Assembly: GCA_002633005.1 (NCBI GenBank)
Contig: NMRA01000238.1
Span: forward strand, 434,001-498,000
Source of the DNA: Phoronis australis
Lineage: Eukaryota > Animalia > Phoronida
Direction: 5' to 3'
Length of the DNA: 64,000 nucleotides
Each line of letters opens with the position of its first letter. Position 1 is the stretch's first letter. Shown one piece after another: positions 12,601 through 27,600 of the stretch. The position numbers and the translations under genes are program-made. The notes beneath the pieces were generated by a model. It made no database searches. It saw only the letters and a list, made by a program, of their open reading frames with translations, and was not told the DNA's origin.

Positions 12601-15600
12601 AATATAGTGACAAAGCAGGGGTAACTACCTTTACCTCCACCGTGATTGAGCCGGACACTTTGTCCGATTTGTTTGGTCGGCCAACAAGGGGGATGATCTG
12701 CCGAACTGTTGGATGACGACGCAGTTCATCCACTTTGATACTGCAGCATCCCAAGAAGTCGTCTGCAAACATAAAACATTTTGTTACAAGCAGACAATTG
12801 ATATGCACTTTCGACACGATCAGAGAACAGTGTTTGGAGAGATTCCACGAGTTTTCCATCATAAATTCGAGTTGTTTTCCTACAAAAAGAAGGTGTGCGG
12901 TATTTTTCCTATTGATTTTGCCACAATCATAACACGACTGGTAAAGCCCAAAGGTTTTTTAACAATCAAGAGGAATTTTTCAAGAATGTTAACCATTATT
13001 CATTTCCCATGAATTATTCATAAATATCAACTACTTTTAACATTCTCCAGGTTTTCATGGTAAGAAGAAACAAAGTAACATAAGAGGATGGAGTGAATTG
13101 GTGATACATTCTTTTCGCACAACCAACAAATCACTTACTAAATGGCGATGTCACTAACTAGTAGCTCCCATTATCAAACAAAGGGAAGTACTATAATGTC
13201 ACTACCTAGTAGCTCTCATTATCAAACAAAAGGAAGTACTAAATGTAAAGACAAACAACGGTCCTTTCAAGGACAATTTATTTAGAATTATTCACGGAGC
13301 TAAGCTTTTCCAGGATTTGAAAAGTTGTTCTTCTATTCAGTCACCATGAAAATTTCTTTAGCGATTTAAACATGGGGCATTGCAAAACCAGACTTCAGGA
13401 TATTGATTACAGTTTCTTGCAACCAAAGCCAGGGCCTCCTGGTAACAATGCCCAAGTTAGGCCAAATTGAACCCAAATGCTGTACGTGATACCCAAACAG
13501 AAGCAGAAATGATGGCATGGTTCCTTCTTTGACAGACATTTGTGTTCTTGTTCCTTTTTGACAAAGACTTCAACATTGGGGAATAGTAATGTCAAAGTCC
13601 ATATTCAATATAGCTTTCTTTTGGAAACTACAACTGCCAGGGTTACCTTCCGGAGGCTTATCTCTGTCGAATAACTCAAAGTTGACTTCTTGACTCGCGT
13701 TTGTTAAATCACTGAAATGATAAAAAACACGTCTAGATGGGGTAAATTCTGAAGAAGTAAATCAACACTGGAGAAGAAAGCCACATGCAGTATATTGAAC
13801 TGTAGCAAAATCACAGAATTTAGCTTCACACGTTTTCACGCAAACCACTATCTGTTGAACGAGAAGCTTATGTAAGATTGGGAATTGATGTAATTATAAG
13901 AAGTGTTGTCAAATATAAAGTCAGCTTACCAAGAGCTCGCACTTATGTCATAGAAGCCACTAAGGACTGCTAAATCATTGCATATGATTTTGTAGCTGAG
14001 GGACAATGTGTTTATTTAACCTTAATGAGAGTCACAATAGGAAGAAACCAAATATCATGTAATAGATATCGTAGATGAAATTGTTTTTGCATACTCAAAT
14101 CTAAACTCACTTACAAATATGTATAAAAATCATTAATTTTACGACTTATGTAAAATACTGTTACAAGTAAACAGTTTGATTGTTCATCATACAGTATTAA
14201 ACAACGACTTCACTCGGACTCCGTTGGCGTTCTGAGCGACAACGCCCCCTGCGAACAAAGACTACGTCGCAGAACTGAAGTGCAGAAACACCTAGCTACA
14301 CGTACAAAAGAAAATGCTCGTCCCAGAATGGGTTGATTGTGTTCTTGACGACGCTAGTCGTGTGGCGCTGCGGTGGTTCATCCATGGCCACGATACAATA
14401 AGGATCCGTACAACCTGTAATAACACAAACAACATAGTATACTTATCACACAAACAACACAGTATACTTGAGCTTAAATAAGTACAACTTTACTGACAAG
14501 TGCGTGTATTGTGCTAAATACGTCCATTACTACATAGATTTCAATTCAGTAAGAGTGTATTATTCACGGAAAGTAGAAAGCCTGTGGAATTTGATTTTTT
14601 ACCAATCTGCCAGTAATTGGGTCACATGGACATGTCTTTTTACAACAATTTTGCAAAAAAGACAGCAAAACAATGGCACCAATAATATGAACGGATTTCT
14701 TTCAAACGCATTTGTATGAAAAAATTAAAGGATGAAATCTCAAAAACTGCTACATTTTCTTAAATAATGTTTTGTTTTATGCAACGTTTGATTTTTTTTT
14801 CATGAAAATCATATTTTTGACAGCCCTTCACACAAAAGTATAGCGTTTAAAAAACGATTCCTGTTTTTAAGAACAGTCATAATATCTATAAGTTTCATTT
14901 GAATACGAGAGATATGACATTTTGAAGTTTGCCAAATTTGAAATTTTCCTAGGGTCCTATGTAACATAAATAAGTTACCTTGGGATCACAAGACAGACCA
15001 AATCTCCTGCTGTTTAGTGTCCAACATTGATAATTAATTTCATGAGCCGTATTTCACAATAAAGTCAAGAGTATGGTCACTATCCCATTAGGGAAACTTC
15101 GGTAAAAGCAGTTTCCCTTCTAACGGGAAAGTGACATTATTAACTAATTTTAGATAACAAGCTAGTCTTGCCTTCACACAATCTTTAAGAGTAAATCAAG
15201 ACGTCTCCATTTAAGACAAATAGTGCGGTATGAGGCGTTAGCAAAATTAATCATTCATCAAGTAAAGTTGTCAATAGACTAATGGTAAAGAGAGAAAGAA
15301 GTGCAATAAAAAAAACAAGGCAATTGTGTCACATATGTAACACTGAACAAGACATAGAACAATGAGAACTGCACTTGATTTACGAATCTTAGCAAACAAA
15401 TGCCACTGCTGATGACAATCGTTAATTTTCTTCAAAAAAGAAGAAAAGCTCGAACATTTAGTAGTTCATAAGCTGGAACAATCATACAATGTTAGTTCAG
15501 TGGAAAGTGTGTCATAATATTTGACGACTGTTGCAGACAATGCTCAGGTTTTGGGTAGGGTTCGCACCAACAGTATAAAGTAAACTGCGATTTGAAAGCC

Positions 15601-18600
15601 AGGACAGCACAAACGGGAGACTCACAGGGCAGTGTTAAATAAAGAGGGCCTTCTGCTTTATAATCTGATTTGACTAGGAAAAGAACCGTTGAATCTACAA
15701 GGGGATATGACATTTGAGAGATCAGGGTCACATGTCACTAACAGACGGCATGCACTTAATGCAGGTGAACTGCTGTTTTTCATTGCAGCACAACTGATGT
15801 TTAAACAATCCCAATATCACTCCATTTTGATAGGCAATCCGGCAAAACTGGTAAAAAAAGATTGGAGTAATTACATTTCTTGCGATCAACTGAAGCAACT
15901 ACGTGATAACCTAAAACAAAACAAAATCATGCATCACACATGCATTAATCATTTCCATATCTTTAGATAAGATGCCAAAGCCTGCTCCTGAGTCACTCAC
16001 CCAGAGTTACAGGGTTCAGCCAGATCAACTGGCTAAAAGATCCGATTGGTTTACCAATCAAATGTTCCAAAGTGTTGGCCTGGGTGACTCGCCAGGATAG
16101 TGAATCATGTGCAGCCAATGACTCAGGCGTGTGATTGGTTGAGCTCATTTGCATCTCATGCTGGTTACAACATGCTCCTTTGTGACCTACCAAAACGTCT
16201 ACCATGCCACGAAAGCCCACGCGCACCAGCTATTTTGACAAGCAGACGTCTATAGCGTGTTCGGTTGGAAAACCTGGCTCTGTGAATGCCCAACAGGCTG
16301 GGCAATGATGTGGTGCTACCTGATTGGTCAAAATTTGGCAGCAATTTGATGTGATTAGTGAGAATTGAACTTCCAAGTTACAAAGACCATGTGTCTTATA
16401 ACAACAGAAATCAAAAATGGAAAGTAAAATAATTTGTGGTAGTTTAAATGAATGAGGAGTACTTTCGGAAAAAACAGCAGGAGCACTGACTTATATGTTG
16501 ATAAACTAATGGAAAGCACAACACAATGCAAAGGTGGTATGGGGATTTTAAAGATACAATCATTAACAACTGATCCATATTTTGAAACTAAAGTTAACAT
16601 GCCAAATTCAACTAATGGGCATTAAGACAAAAACAAAGCAAACAAACAAACAAACAAACAAAAACTACATCAAAGTAAACTCAGGTGGTTAGGTTGAAAA
16701 CTACACCAATTACTACACAACTAAACAATCATTGACCTCTACACAATCATTGACCTCTATTAGCTTGGTATGGACCTGTCATTTGCTACACCCAACACTG
16801 ACTACTGGCTAAACAATCATTGACCTCTATTAGCTTGGTATGGACCTGTCATTTGCTACACCCAACACTGACTACTGGCTAACAAGCTACTGAGATGCCA
16901 TTTATCATTTATAAATACAATATTCAAGAAATGAAGAAATGACCACAATTACAATTACATCAAAAATCTTACCAAATTCCCTAGCACCAATTGTACTACC
17001 CTTGATGACCTTGACTAGCAGACGACGATCTTGAAAGCGAGGCGGCTTTGGAGGTGCAGCAAGCTAACAGAAGGAACATGATATGAATTGACACCTGGTA
17101 TAATACCTTAACAGAGTTGTACAAAAAGATTTGATACAGTTATCATTTTTACATTGTTCTAAGACTGGCAACCTAAAGTAACTATGAATAAATGAATTGT
17201 GACAAATCATTGTAGTACAGTACAAAACATGCCAAAATAGAATTTCCTTGATGTTTGTTTTTGTTTATGAAAATAGATGAAATGAAATTCAAAACTTTCT
17301 GATGAATGGAAAACCTCGTAAGCTCTCTGGCAAGTGACATACACGCAACCTTGTTTTAGCAGAAAACCAGGAATTTTTTCTAAATGAAAAAAAACTTTTT
17401 TGTAGAAAAAACAACATTTTGCCATCCTTTTCACCAGAGAATATAATTTTCTTTGGTATCTGGAATAATCCTGCAATCATTTTTGCAAAACATTTATTAA
17501 ATAAACAATAAGAATTTGAACATACAACAAAAAATAACCCACAAAAATAGTGTCACCACACCTGCATACCATTTTTAATTAACAACAAACTGACAATAAG
17601 TCCTCAAGACTCAAGTTCAAGTAGATGCTACAGAAGCAAGAATGAACAGTACAAAGGCACATCTTCATGAAACAGTTTTTAACTGACAGTGACACTGACT
17701 TAGTGCTCAATCCAATGCTACCAGCTCTTTTAGCACAAAACCTGCAATCTACATGCTAAAAATCTGTATTTTAGAGTAGAAAAATCCTATGATTTCCAAT
17801 GTTTTCAGAAAGCTTAAGTTTCAATCAAAATACAGTTTGATACACTCAAACAAAATATTTTCAGCTTCAAATCCTACTCAACTAAAAAGTGATCATTAAC
17901 TCCATGTTGACCAGTTAGCATAATTTCTCCCCACAGGACCACAACCCAGAAAATCTTGCTATCTCATAGTAACACCTAATCTACCATAGTGTTGCAGGCC
18001 CCTGGACACTCAACACTGAAGTCGGCGTGACAAAATGCGGTGCATTTCTTTCCCAATGTAATCCAGTTCCTTAAAATGTTTGTCTCCGAAACTCCACTCT
18101 TGACATCTTGACAGTCATGTTCCAAAGCACATTAATATCCCATATTTTAATGCCAACTAAGCACATTTTTCATTGGTCAATCATTCATAAACTCACTTCA
18201 ATTGACCAATCATGAATTGAAAAAAAACACTTTCTAAACTTACACCGTACACTAGAACTCAGGATACCTCTAATTTTGGATCTTGAACTCTCAACTATTT
18301 CCATCATTTCGCTGAGTTTTATGCTTCAATCTTCACCAATTTGCTGTTTCAAATGAACTCTGACAACTTAAAACATTTCTACTTTCATCTGACGTTGTTC
18401 CCGAGAAATAAATCCTCAAAATCTGTAATCCTTTAAACCCGTCCGCAGTGTTGTTTAGGCCCCAAAACTGCCTAGAATACAGGCAAGTTCATAATGAACC
18501 TATTACTGTTTCAAATGCAAACATACTATTTCAAATGTTTGTCCACCTACTATGTGCTTTTAGCGTGTCCCATCTTGCTTTGCTGCAATAGCACATCAAA

Positions 18601-21600
18601 AGCATTACAAGCAGTTGTCAGTACAGTTAAATCACACTGGTCAACCATACCTCGGACTTATTTTCAGTCGATTTGATACGTTCATAAGCCTCCGTATAAC
18701 GACCCAGTGACGAGAGAGTGACATTTGTAGGACAGTGGTGGAATATATCACTAACCAGTTCATTCAGTTGAAGTTGGAAGTCTGTGTCAACCACGTACTG
18801 GAAGAAGACCGACAGATGAAGAAAAATTAAATTACATGTGGAATTCAATGACTGTCAAAGTTATGAGCAAATGTTATAAACATTGAGTTATTTTGTTTTT
18901 TCAAGACAGCCTCATACTGATAGCTGTAGTTGTTCAAAAGAGGTTTTTGTTACAGGGTCAATCTTAATGCATTATTTTGAACAAGTAAACTGCTGCAGCC
19001 ATCTTCAAATTTGACACGTCTCAACTCGTTCCACACTGAAATAAAAACAAATTTCTCCAGACTTCGAAAGAATTTAGAAAACTGTTCAACAAATGTTTCA
19101 TTCTTTAATGTTTTTTTAACTCAAAGAAGTTCATTGATAATCAATTGGAAATTTATTCTAAAACCTTAAGAGGCATGGAACACAAAAACTCATAAAGAAT
19201 ACCTTTTACACAGATTGTGGCAAATCTATTTCTTGAGGATACTAATGTGAGAGCTTTTCACTTTGAATATTGCAAGAATTTCTAGAAAAATTATCAGATT
19301 CCCTATTTTTTTAACCACAGATGAAATAAAAACTCTTTCATCCCAATAAAGTTTCCAAATTCTCCACCCCTAATACTAATATATATAAATACACATGCAT
19401 GCGCTCAAAGAAGTCGGACAGGCTGCTGCTTGAAATCGTCATTCGTTTTTACCTCAAAGGTCAAAGGTTACATTTTCCATGTAAGGGAAATGTGCTACAT
19501 CTAAGTCTTGCTGTACCAAAGAACGAGATGTGCATCGCGGTGTGGGAGAAAATCAATCCAGCGATGAGCAGACGACAGATCGTTTTTTGAAATTTCAAAC
19601 TCAACGACAAATGTTTTGACATCAACAAAAATTCGAAATCTTTACAAGCAAACTGTAAAAACACCTGGTGAACAGTTTGGCTTCCGTTTCAGTGGCAGAG
19701 AAACACGTTGAATAATGCAGTTTAGTCTTGTTTTTCGCGTTCTATGCCACCTTAAGACTGAATTCAGTAGGTAAGCCTGTGATGACAATTGTCCCAAAAG
19801 TAATGTAACTGTCAACAGGCTGGGGAATGAGTTGGTTCCATATCTGAACACTTCAGTTTCACGGGTCTTAATAATTCGCATTTAGCAACAAAAAATACAT
19901 TACCAAAACCATCTCAACTGGTTACACTGAAGACAAATGGCAACAATTCAACACACAAAAAGTGGGATGTGAAAATTTTGTATTCTCCACATAGCACCAA
20001 ATTAATATTTTGCCAAGTTTGACAATGAAAATTAAAGAAATTCTGGACATTCTCAAAAATGTTAAAAGCACATTGAAAAAGGTGATTTTTGACAATACCT
20101 TCTTTCCACAATGACTGTACCTGAGAAGTAGGTGTTAATGTGAAAATAAGATCAGGATGTCCAACAAATCTGGCAACAGCATGTACTTCATCATTCTGGC
20201 AGGATGCTTGTATACAGAGCTAAAACAACAGGGCAAATGTAATGCAAGGGCAAATGGGTGATCACAGAGATTTGAACAATCCACACAGAACACTGACCAT
20301 CTTATCCAAACTGCTAGGCTCAAGATTTATGGCAATACAAACTGTTAGGATCAAGACTTTGTAAAGAAAACCCCCCAGTACCAAGATATTGTAATACAAA
20401 CTATTGGGATCAAGATTGGAATACAAACTACTGAAATGAAGATGTCAAAATACAAACTATTGGGATCAAGATATCAAAATACAAACTATTGGGATCAGAT
20501 GTTTTAATACGAACTATTGGGATCAAGACATAATACAAACTATTGGGATCAAGATGTTGTAACACAAACTATTGGGATCAAGATGGTGTAATACAAACTA
20601 TTGGGATCAAGATTTTGTAATACAAATTGTTGGAATCACGATGTTGTAAAACAAACTATTGTGATCAAGATGTAATATCAACTACTGGGATAAAGATGTT
20701 GTAATACAAACTATTGTGATCAAGATGTTGTAATGCAAACTACTGAGAACAAGATATTGCAATACAAACTATTAGGATCAAGATTTTGTACTAAATTGAT
20801 AGAACCAAGGTTTTGTAATACGAACTGTTCGGACCAAATCTTGTAATACAGATTACTAGAATAAAGATTTTGTGATCCAAAAATGCAAGGGGATCAAGAT
20901 CTCATAATACAAACTGTTATCATCAAGTTTTGTGATACTAAGCCATGTTGGAAAGAAACTACACACGTGTTACAGCCCTGAAAATTTGAAATATTCCACG
21001 ATAATAAAAAGACATCAACAAATAATTTCAAAACACCGTTGCTGCTCTACAGATCAGGTTGTACAGATGTTAAGATGATCGTTTATAGTTATTTTCCACT
21101 CCTTGATCTCAATTTAAGAACTTAAAATGTGAATTACACAAAACCAGGTCAATGTCATTTGTCTGAAGCCCAGGCTATGGCTGCACTTGGTGCGCTTACC
21201 TAGTATTCAGCTGCATCAACTGTGCTATCTGTGCACCGTTGCATGGAATAGTCCTGAACAGAGACTCAGTTAAGCTCTCCCTAAATCTGATGCCTATTTG
21301 TGGACTTATGAAAACACTGAATTCTCCTTTCTAATGCTGTTTTATTTCATTACTAAGGCGATCTTTTTTTTTGATATGGACAGAGAGTAAACTCAACGTT
21401 TAATTCTCAGTATTATTGAAAATAAACAGGGACTGTTTCATGCAACACCCTTAATCAAGGACTAAGTCCCTGATTTCATTTAAATATAGATATATTATAG
21501 ATATATTAACATAAAGTGTCTTTAGTCAAAACGGAGGTCATAATAAAGATAAAATAGTAGAAAAGTAGAACATTTGTGAAAAAACAAAGACATAAATATG

Positions 21601-24600
21601 TAGAAAAATTGAGGAACTTAGTCCCTGTTTGAGACTGTTTCATGGAATCGGGCACTGATTGGTTTGTGAGCAGGAGGGATAACCCAACATATGCTGGGTG
21701 ACTCAACCAACTGTAGTAACTGTACTGCGATATATCAAAAGTTTGTTGAGATCATAAAATTGCAAGTCTGCCATCGTTTCTGAGAGTGGCTTTGAAACAT
21801 GACAATGTAGTGTTCCAATTGAAAAGTGCATCAATCATGGATAAATGAATTGGAAAATCAATAACCACCGTAACGAGCAGCAAAACTTGTCACTATTGAA
21901 TGCACAATGTGCATTGCTTTTATAGCATTGTATAGTACAGGCAATCAACTCAGATATAACATTCTTAAGGGAACAAAATATTCAGATTTACAATTATATG
22001 AAACACCTGCAGTCTCATTCTTTTAGAGATAACAAATTGACAGCCACTTTCACCACCAGGTTCAAGATTAAGACATTCAATCACATCGTGTTGAATGAAC
22101 TCATGTCTGATTTTTGTGCAGATAATATTCTTAGGTTTACCTCAATTTTAATGCAATTTGGGTAACCACAAAACAGGCATATTAAGCCTTACTACCTAAC
22201 AGCACGACATTCAGTAGACGTGTCTGTTTTAATGACATTTTTAAGCAAAATTTTGGATGCTTTACCATCAAATATTACATCAAAACGACTTTCTTTTATA
22301 AAGACTTCTGAGTGTCCTAAAACAGGAACCTTTAAAAACAATATACCATTTTTATATAAAAAAACACATACATGTATGTAGCACAAAACTCAAAACTTAC
22401 ACCGCACCATAGTAATGCCTGCATTAGTGGGAACACAGCTTGACACAACCATGATAAAAAGCTTGAACTAATAACTCATCTATTATAGGATTATATACCA
22501 AAATAATGGCCATAAATTTGCCATATATAAGACACCGCGGTGTAAAACATATCAAGCACAAATTCAATAGCCAACATTTGCACTGAACATAAAAAGAAAA
22601 GGCCATACTAAGGAAGGAACATTAAAAGACTATTGCTTGTTATGTGGGAATGTCGTCAGAGTTGTTAGGATGTCTAGCCCGCTGTTTTGCATTTAAACCA
22701 CTGTTGATCCACCTGGTACCATTCCCAAATTCTTATCCTCTGGTCTATTGCTTATTTCCAGCCACCTTGGAAACTTTATCACAATCCATCCATGATAGCT
22801 TTGAATTAACAGTCTATTAGAAGACAGACACCACTGACTACTTGACTATGTGAAAGACGATCACCAAAATAAAGCTTTTCAACCCTTACTTGGCAGAGCC
22901 TTTAAAGATGTGCAAACTTTCCCTAGAGACCAGCCAGTCATAGTCCAACGGGAGGTGGATTTTGATGGGTCCTGGATTCCCCTTTCCAGGCAATGGCCCA
23001 TCATCTTAAAGTCCTTTGGAAACTATGATCAGGCCCCTTTACAACTTCCTAGATCAGCCATGGACACTAAACTTACCTCTCCATGTATTTTCTGGAAGCG
23101 AAGCTTAAATCCGAGTTCTTCAAATCTTCGTAAAGGTGTGACGTAAAAGGTCACCTCAAGTTCTTGACAGTCAATGACAGCATTGACTGACTGAAACAAG
23201 AAGAATTTATTTTATTTTATTCGTTGTAGCATGGTAGCCTGGGGCCTTGCGAATCTAAACAAATAGGGCACAAAGGCACCATGGAAATGAACACTGTAAA
23301 ACTGATATTTAGGCCCACACACCTACTGCATGTATGTGAAAAAGAATACTTTCAAAGCATCTATACAGCCACCTCTCGTCAAATATCTAACTTTTGATTT
23401 GTATTTTTGTTTGTTCTTCATGCATTTCATTTCAAAGTTAACCTTTAATTGAATACACGTCAACGTCTACCATTTTTAACATATGTCTCATCCTTTTCAC
23501 TCAAGTAATGTGCATGGGCCTAAATACACACAGCTGCAATACAAACAAAGTACATACAAATTATAAATTATGGAAGCAAAGATGACAAAACGGTAACTAG
23601 CATTTTACCCAAGGCAAACTGTTTCATGCACTGTTCATAATTACCAAGTGAGAAAGGTTCACTTTGACTGATAAAAATCCATGTTATAAAGGTTCTGCTC
23701 ATCAGGACTTAGTAACTCTGCTTGGAAATATTCGACTTTATCCCATACAGGTTGAATCAGTCGACTGCAATACGGCCATGTGATATTGTTTCCATGTTCC
23801 CCTCCTGGACTACTTCAACAGTGCCCCCTGACATGGAAAACTAAAAAGGTAGGTCAATATCGACTCGATGTTGATAGTCTGTTCGATCATCAAACTTTCC
23901 CAATATAGTTTAAAGTAATACAATTGCAACGAATTACAGAATAAATAACCCTAAGCATGCAATCAGGTCCCAAACACGTCTGTCTCAGTTTTCAGTTGCT
24001 AAATATTACATTGTCTGCAATTCAGGCGCCGATTCCTCGGTAACTATATCATACCAAATATTTTCAGATGTTGTAAAGTTCAATGCACAGTTACCGTAAT
24101 TTTTGTTTTCACCTTTGTTACCTCTTTTCAAGTAATAAATCATTACATTTAAAACTGTTTCTTTAATTTACCAGAGAAAAATTGTAACCTAATGCACAAG
24201 TACATACAGATAGGATGTGGTCCATTATGTGAACAGTCTGAGTGAAGTACTTAAACAATCTGCCAAAAAAACGAAAGGAACTTAAGAATTCAAAGCGTAT
24301 GGGATAAAAACAACTTCGGTCAAGTTCCATACGCAGAATAATGTCTTGTGGGATATTACTTCATCTTTGCCACTCTTGGTACGTTTTGTGTATGTATTTC
24401 AGCAACACGTCATGGCTGGACAGAATAAACCAATACAGTTTATCCATCGGAACTGACCTATTGCAAGCTCCGCCCTCTTGTGTAATGTCGACAAAAAACA
24501 ATAAGTTTTACCGGGCAACATGTTGTTTGTCAGGTAAAATGGCGGCTTTGTAATGACGGTGTGTCAAGAATGATGCAATCTGATTGGTTAGTTAAGCCGT

Positions 24601-27600
24601 CACTCAAAGTCCTGGCGATAGGTCAATACTTGTTAGGCATCATAAGTATTTTTTGACATGATTAGTAACTCTGTAATGTCACTATACTGATCTCTGGCAT
24701 AAAATTTAAATACAGCATTGCAGGGAAGTCAATGTAACAGGCATCAGTTGTCATGTGCCACTGCGATTGGGTGACATTTTGAATTTTCTAGTATACTTTC
24801 AGGTCACATTTTCCCCATTTTTGATCAAAACCTGGGAAAAAAATTAGATGAGAGATCACTATTTTTCCTAGGTATAAGTCAGCTAATCCATCAACACCAC
24901 CCAGCAACGAAAAATCAAACTTTGTCTTCCCTAAGTATCCAAGGCAAAAATGCTACCAACAGCTCTTCTCTGGGCACCACACACAAGACGGACATGAAGT
25001 ATTTTTAAGTGGTTTATGGGTACCTCACAGAAAGCCCATAGAACTATAATTTGTGTAGAGCACGGTGTAGAGGTGTCCAGTTGAGGAGTTGAGGTATATG
25101 CCTATGCAATATCATGCTTTAGCATAATTGTAGCTCTTGGTATGAACATGAGTCTGTTTTTTTTTGTTTGGAAGCCTAGCCACACCACTAACTAAATGAA
25201 TACAGCCACCCCCCCCCCCAGCCCCGGGGTTAAGGGCGTCCTACTATAAGTGATAGTGCAAGAAGACAGCAAGCATAATATCTTCAAACCAGAAACTCTC
25301 CTGTTTGTTCATAATTCAACTTTTTATTGCATAATTCATACGCGGTCAAAATCCAACATTTTTCAAAAGCTTTCTAGAAAAGTCTTGTTTACAGTTATCC
25401 ATGACAAATTTACAAGGGAGCACTTCTTTATTTAGTAGTTAATTATCACAGTATCACTTGCTCCTCCAGTCCTGCACAAGCAACACATCAGGCCAAACCC
25501 ATCTAAAGAAACACGAAGGAGATCTCAAAGTTCATCAGAGGGTTATCCACCAATTAGAACAACTAATGGTCTGCGATATTTTTAGAAGCCTTAGTTTTCC
25601 CAGCAGGGTCCCCATGGTAGCTAGGATTATTAAGAATGGATCATATGTATTCTAGCAACTACATTGCAGCGCATACAAAACTGAAAAAACCACATAGAAT
25701 TATGGTCTCGGGTTTTCTAAAGGTGCAGCGCTGCATGCACATGTGCTTAAAGAAAAGTTCAACATTGGCAAAATTCCAGGATTTTGTGCCTCGCCAGCTC
25801 CATGTCAGCTGTTTTAAGATTAAGAATGAGCAGACAATGGAAAATATTTGTAACTGCATCACAGGATGTTACAAAGAATGAAAGTGTAATTGTACACAAG
25901 TCAACAAGATGGCTGTTTCAAAAAAGTTCTCAAAGTCATTTTGGTCTAAAGCCAGCACTTCATTTGACATACCTTCAGAGCATTTTATTAAATTTGGGCA
26001 GTTCTTAAGTAGACGAAAAGTTAAAACTAGTACGAGCCATCCGCGGCATTCTGTTGTATTCTGTTTGACTATTGTACCTGAGGGTGATATTGCTTAATAT
26101 TGAAACATCGTTCATGCTGCTCTCAAGCGTCATTTCTGTTTTCAGCTTCCCGCTTTAAATTTGACAAAAAACTAATATTGTTAAGCACTATCTTACAAGA
26201 AAATAGAACAAAAGAGGTTAAAGTCTCCACCTGACTCATTTTGAAAGTTTCTCTTAACTAATTTAAGAAAGGATCCTGGCCATTTCACCGGATATCAAGA
26301 GACCTTCCATCAGGAGACTTTCTTTTTGCAAATACTAACAATTAAAACGAAATATCAAGCCATCGCATTGATTTTCAAAAAAACAAACCTCAACTAAGTA
26401 ATCCATGTTACCCCACAGTAATCCACGTTACCCCACAGTAATCCACGTTACCCCCACAGTAATCCACATTACCCCCACAGTAATCCACGTTACCCCACAG
26501 TAATCGAACTTGTCCAAAAATCAATGTCAGTCATGCTTTCCTCAATTGGAAAGCAAATTTTTTTTCGTGAAGACCCAGCAAGGAACTAGATATTGGCTCG
26601 CAGGAAAAAAAATTGGCACTAGGAAGTACCACATCAGTTGGACACGTCCAAAAATCTATGTAAGATGTGGTGACGCCAATAGGACCACAACTTACTATAA
26701 ACTATGAAAATAATTCTTCAAGCACTTTGGTGGATAGAGAGGACTGCATGCCACAAGTGGAAGCAAAAATATTAAAAATGGCAGGTCTAGAATACGTTGA
26801 ATCCATACAAAAATGAGAACGTGTTGTCACCTCCTTAACAGAAACCTAACTGCCAAATTTAACCATCAAGAAACTCGGTAAATAAGGAGAGCAGAAAACC
26901 TAAGGGAGGTCTGAAAATAGGAATGTGTAGTCGTTTCTGAGACACAAATATATAAAATCCCTCAAGTAACTCAGTACTTATGAGAGGCCTATGTGAAAAA
27001 TAAAATTGCCTATAGGGGGCATAGCGGTAGTCCAATTTGTCTGAAAATTTGCTTGTGCCACGCCATCAACAACAGGAACGAGTGTACATAAGTTCATGAA
27101 CATCCATTAAGAGCGAAGGCTAGACAGTGGATGCCAGATAGTCAGAGATGACAGCATACAAGCAGCAAGGGTGAATTTCATCCTTGGGATAATTAAGGCA
27201 GTTATTAGCGGGCATTTGGCTAATGTTCAGGTACTGGGGATACAGTGAGAAGAGAGTGGGCGTATCTGTATGGAAGCAAATTACATCAAGTTCATTAGGT
27301 TTAATCAATAACGTTGGAGCCAAGACCTTGACAAGATAGCAGTGATATTTTTCAAGAAAATAGAAGAACACCGTTGCAATAAAATGAAATCATTGTTTTC
27401 TTGGACGCAAAACTGCACTTTTGTTTGAATTTAAGCCATGTACCTAGGAGCAAATGTAAGCATGTAAATTAAGCAAGGACAAGAAAAGAAAATAATTCGT
27501 TCTGGTCAGTTGTTTTTTAAATTGATGTGGGGATGCTGTACTTTGTTTTCAGTTGCCATATCTTTTGAAAGAATGCGTCAGGGTCATTCTCTTCCCAAAG

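Noticed and set aside
17980-18475. Possible extra exon between exons 5 and 6
   Set aside because: Stops in the frames tested from the best acceptor; exons 5 and 6 already join in phase.
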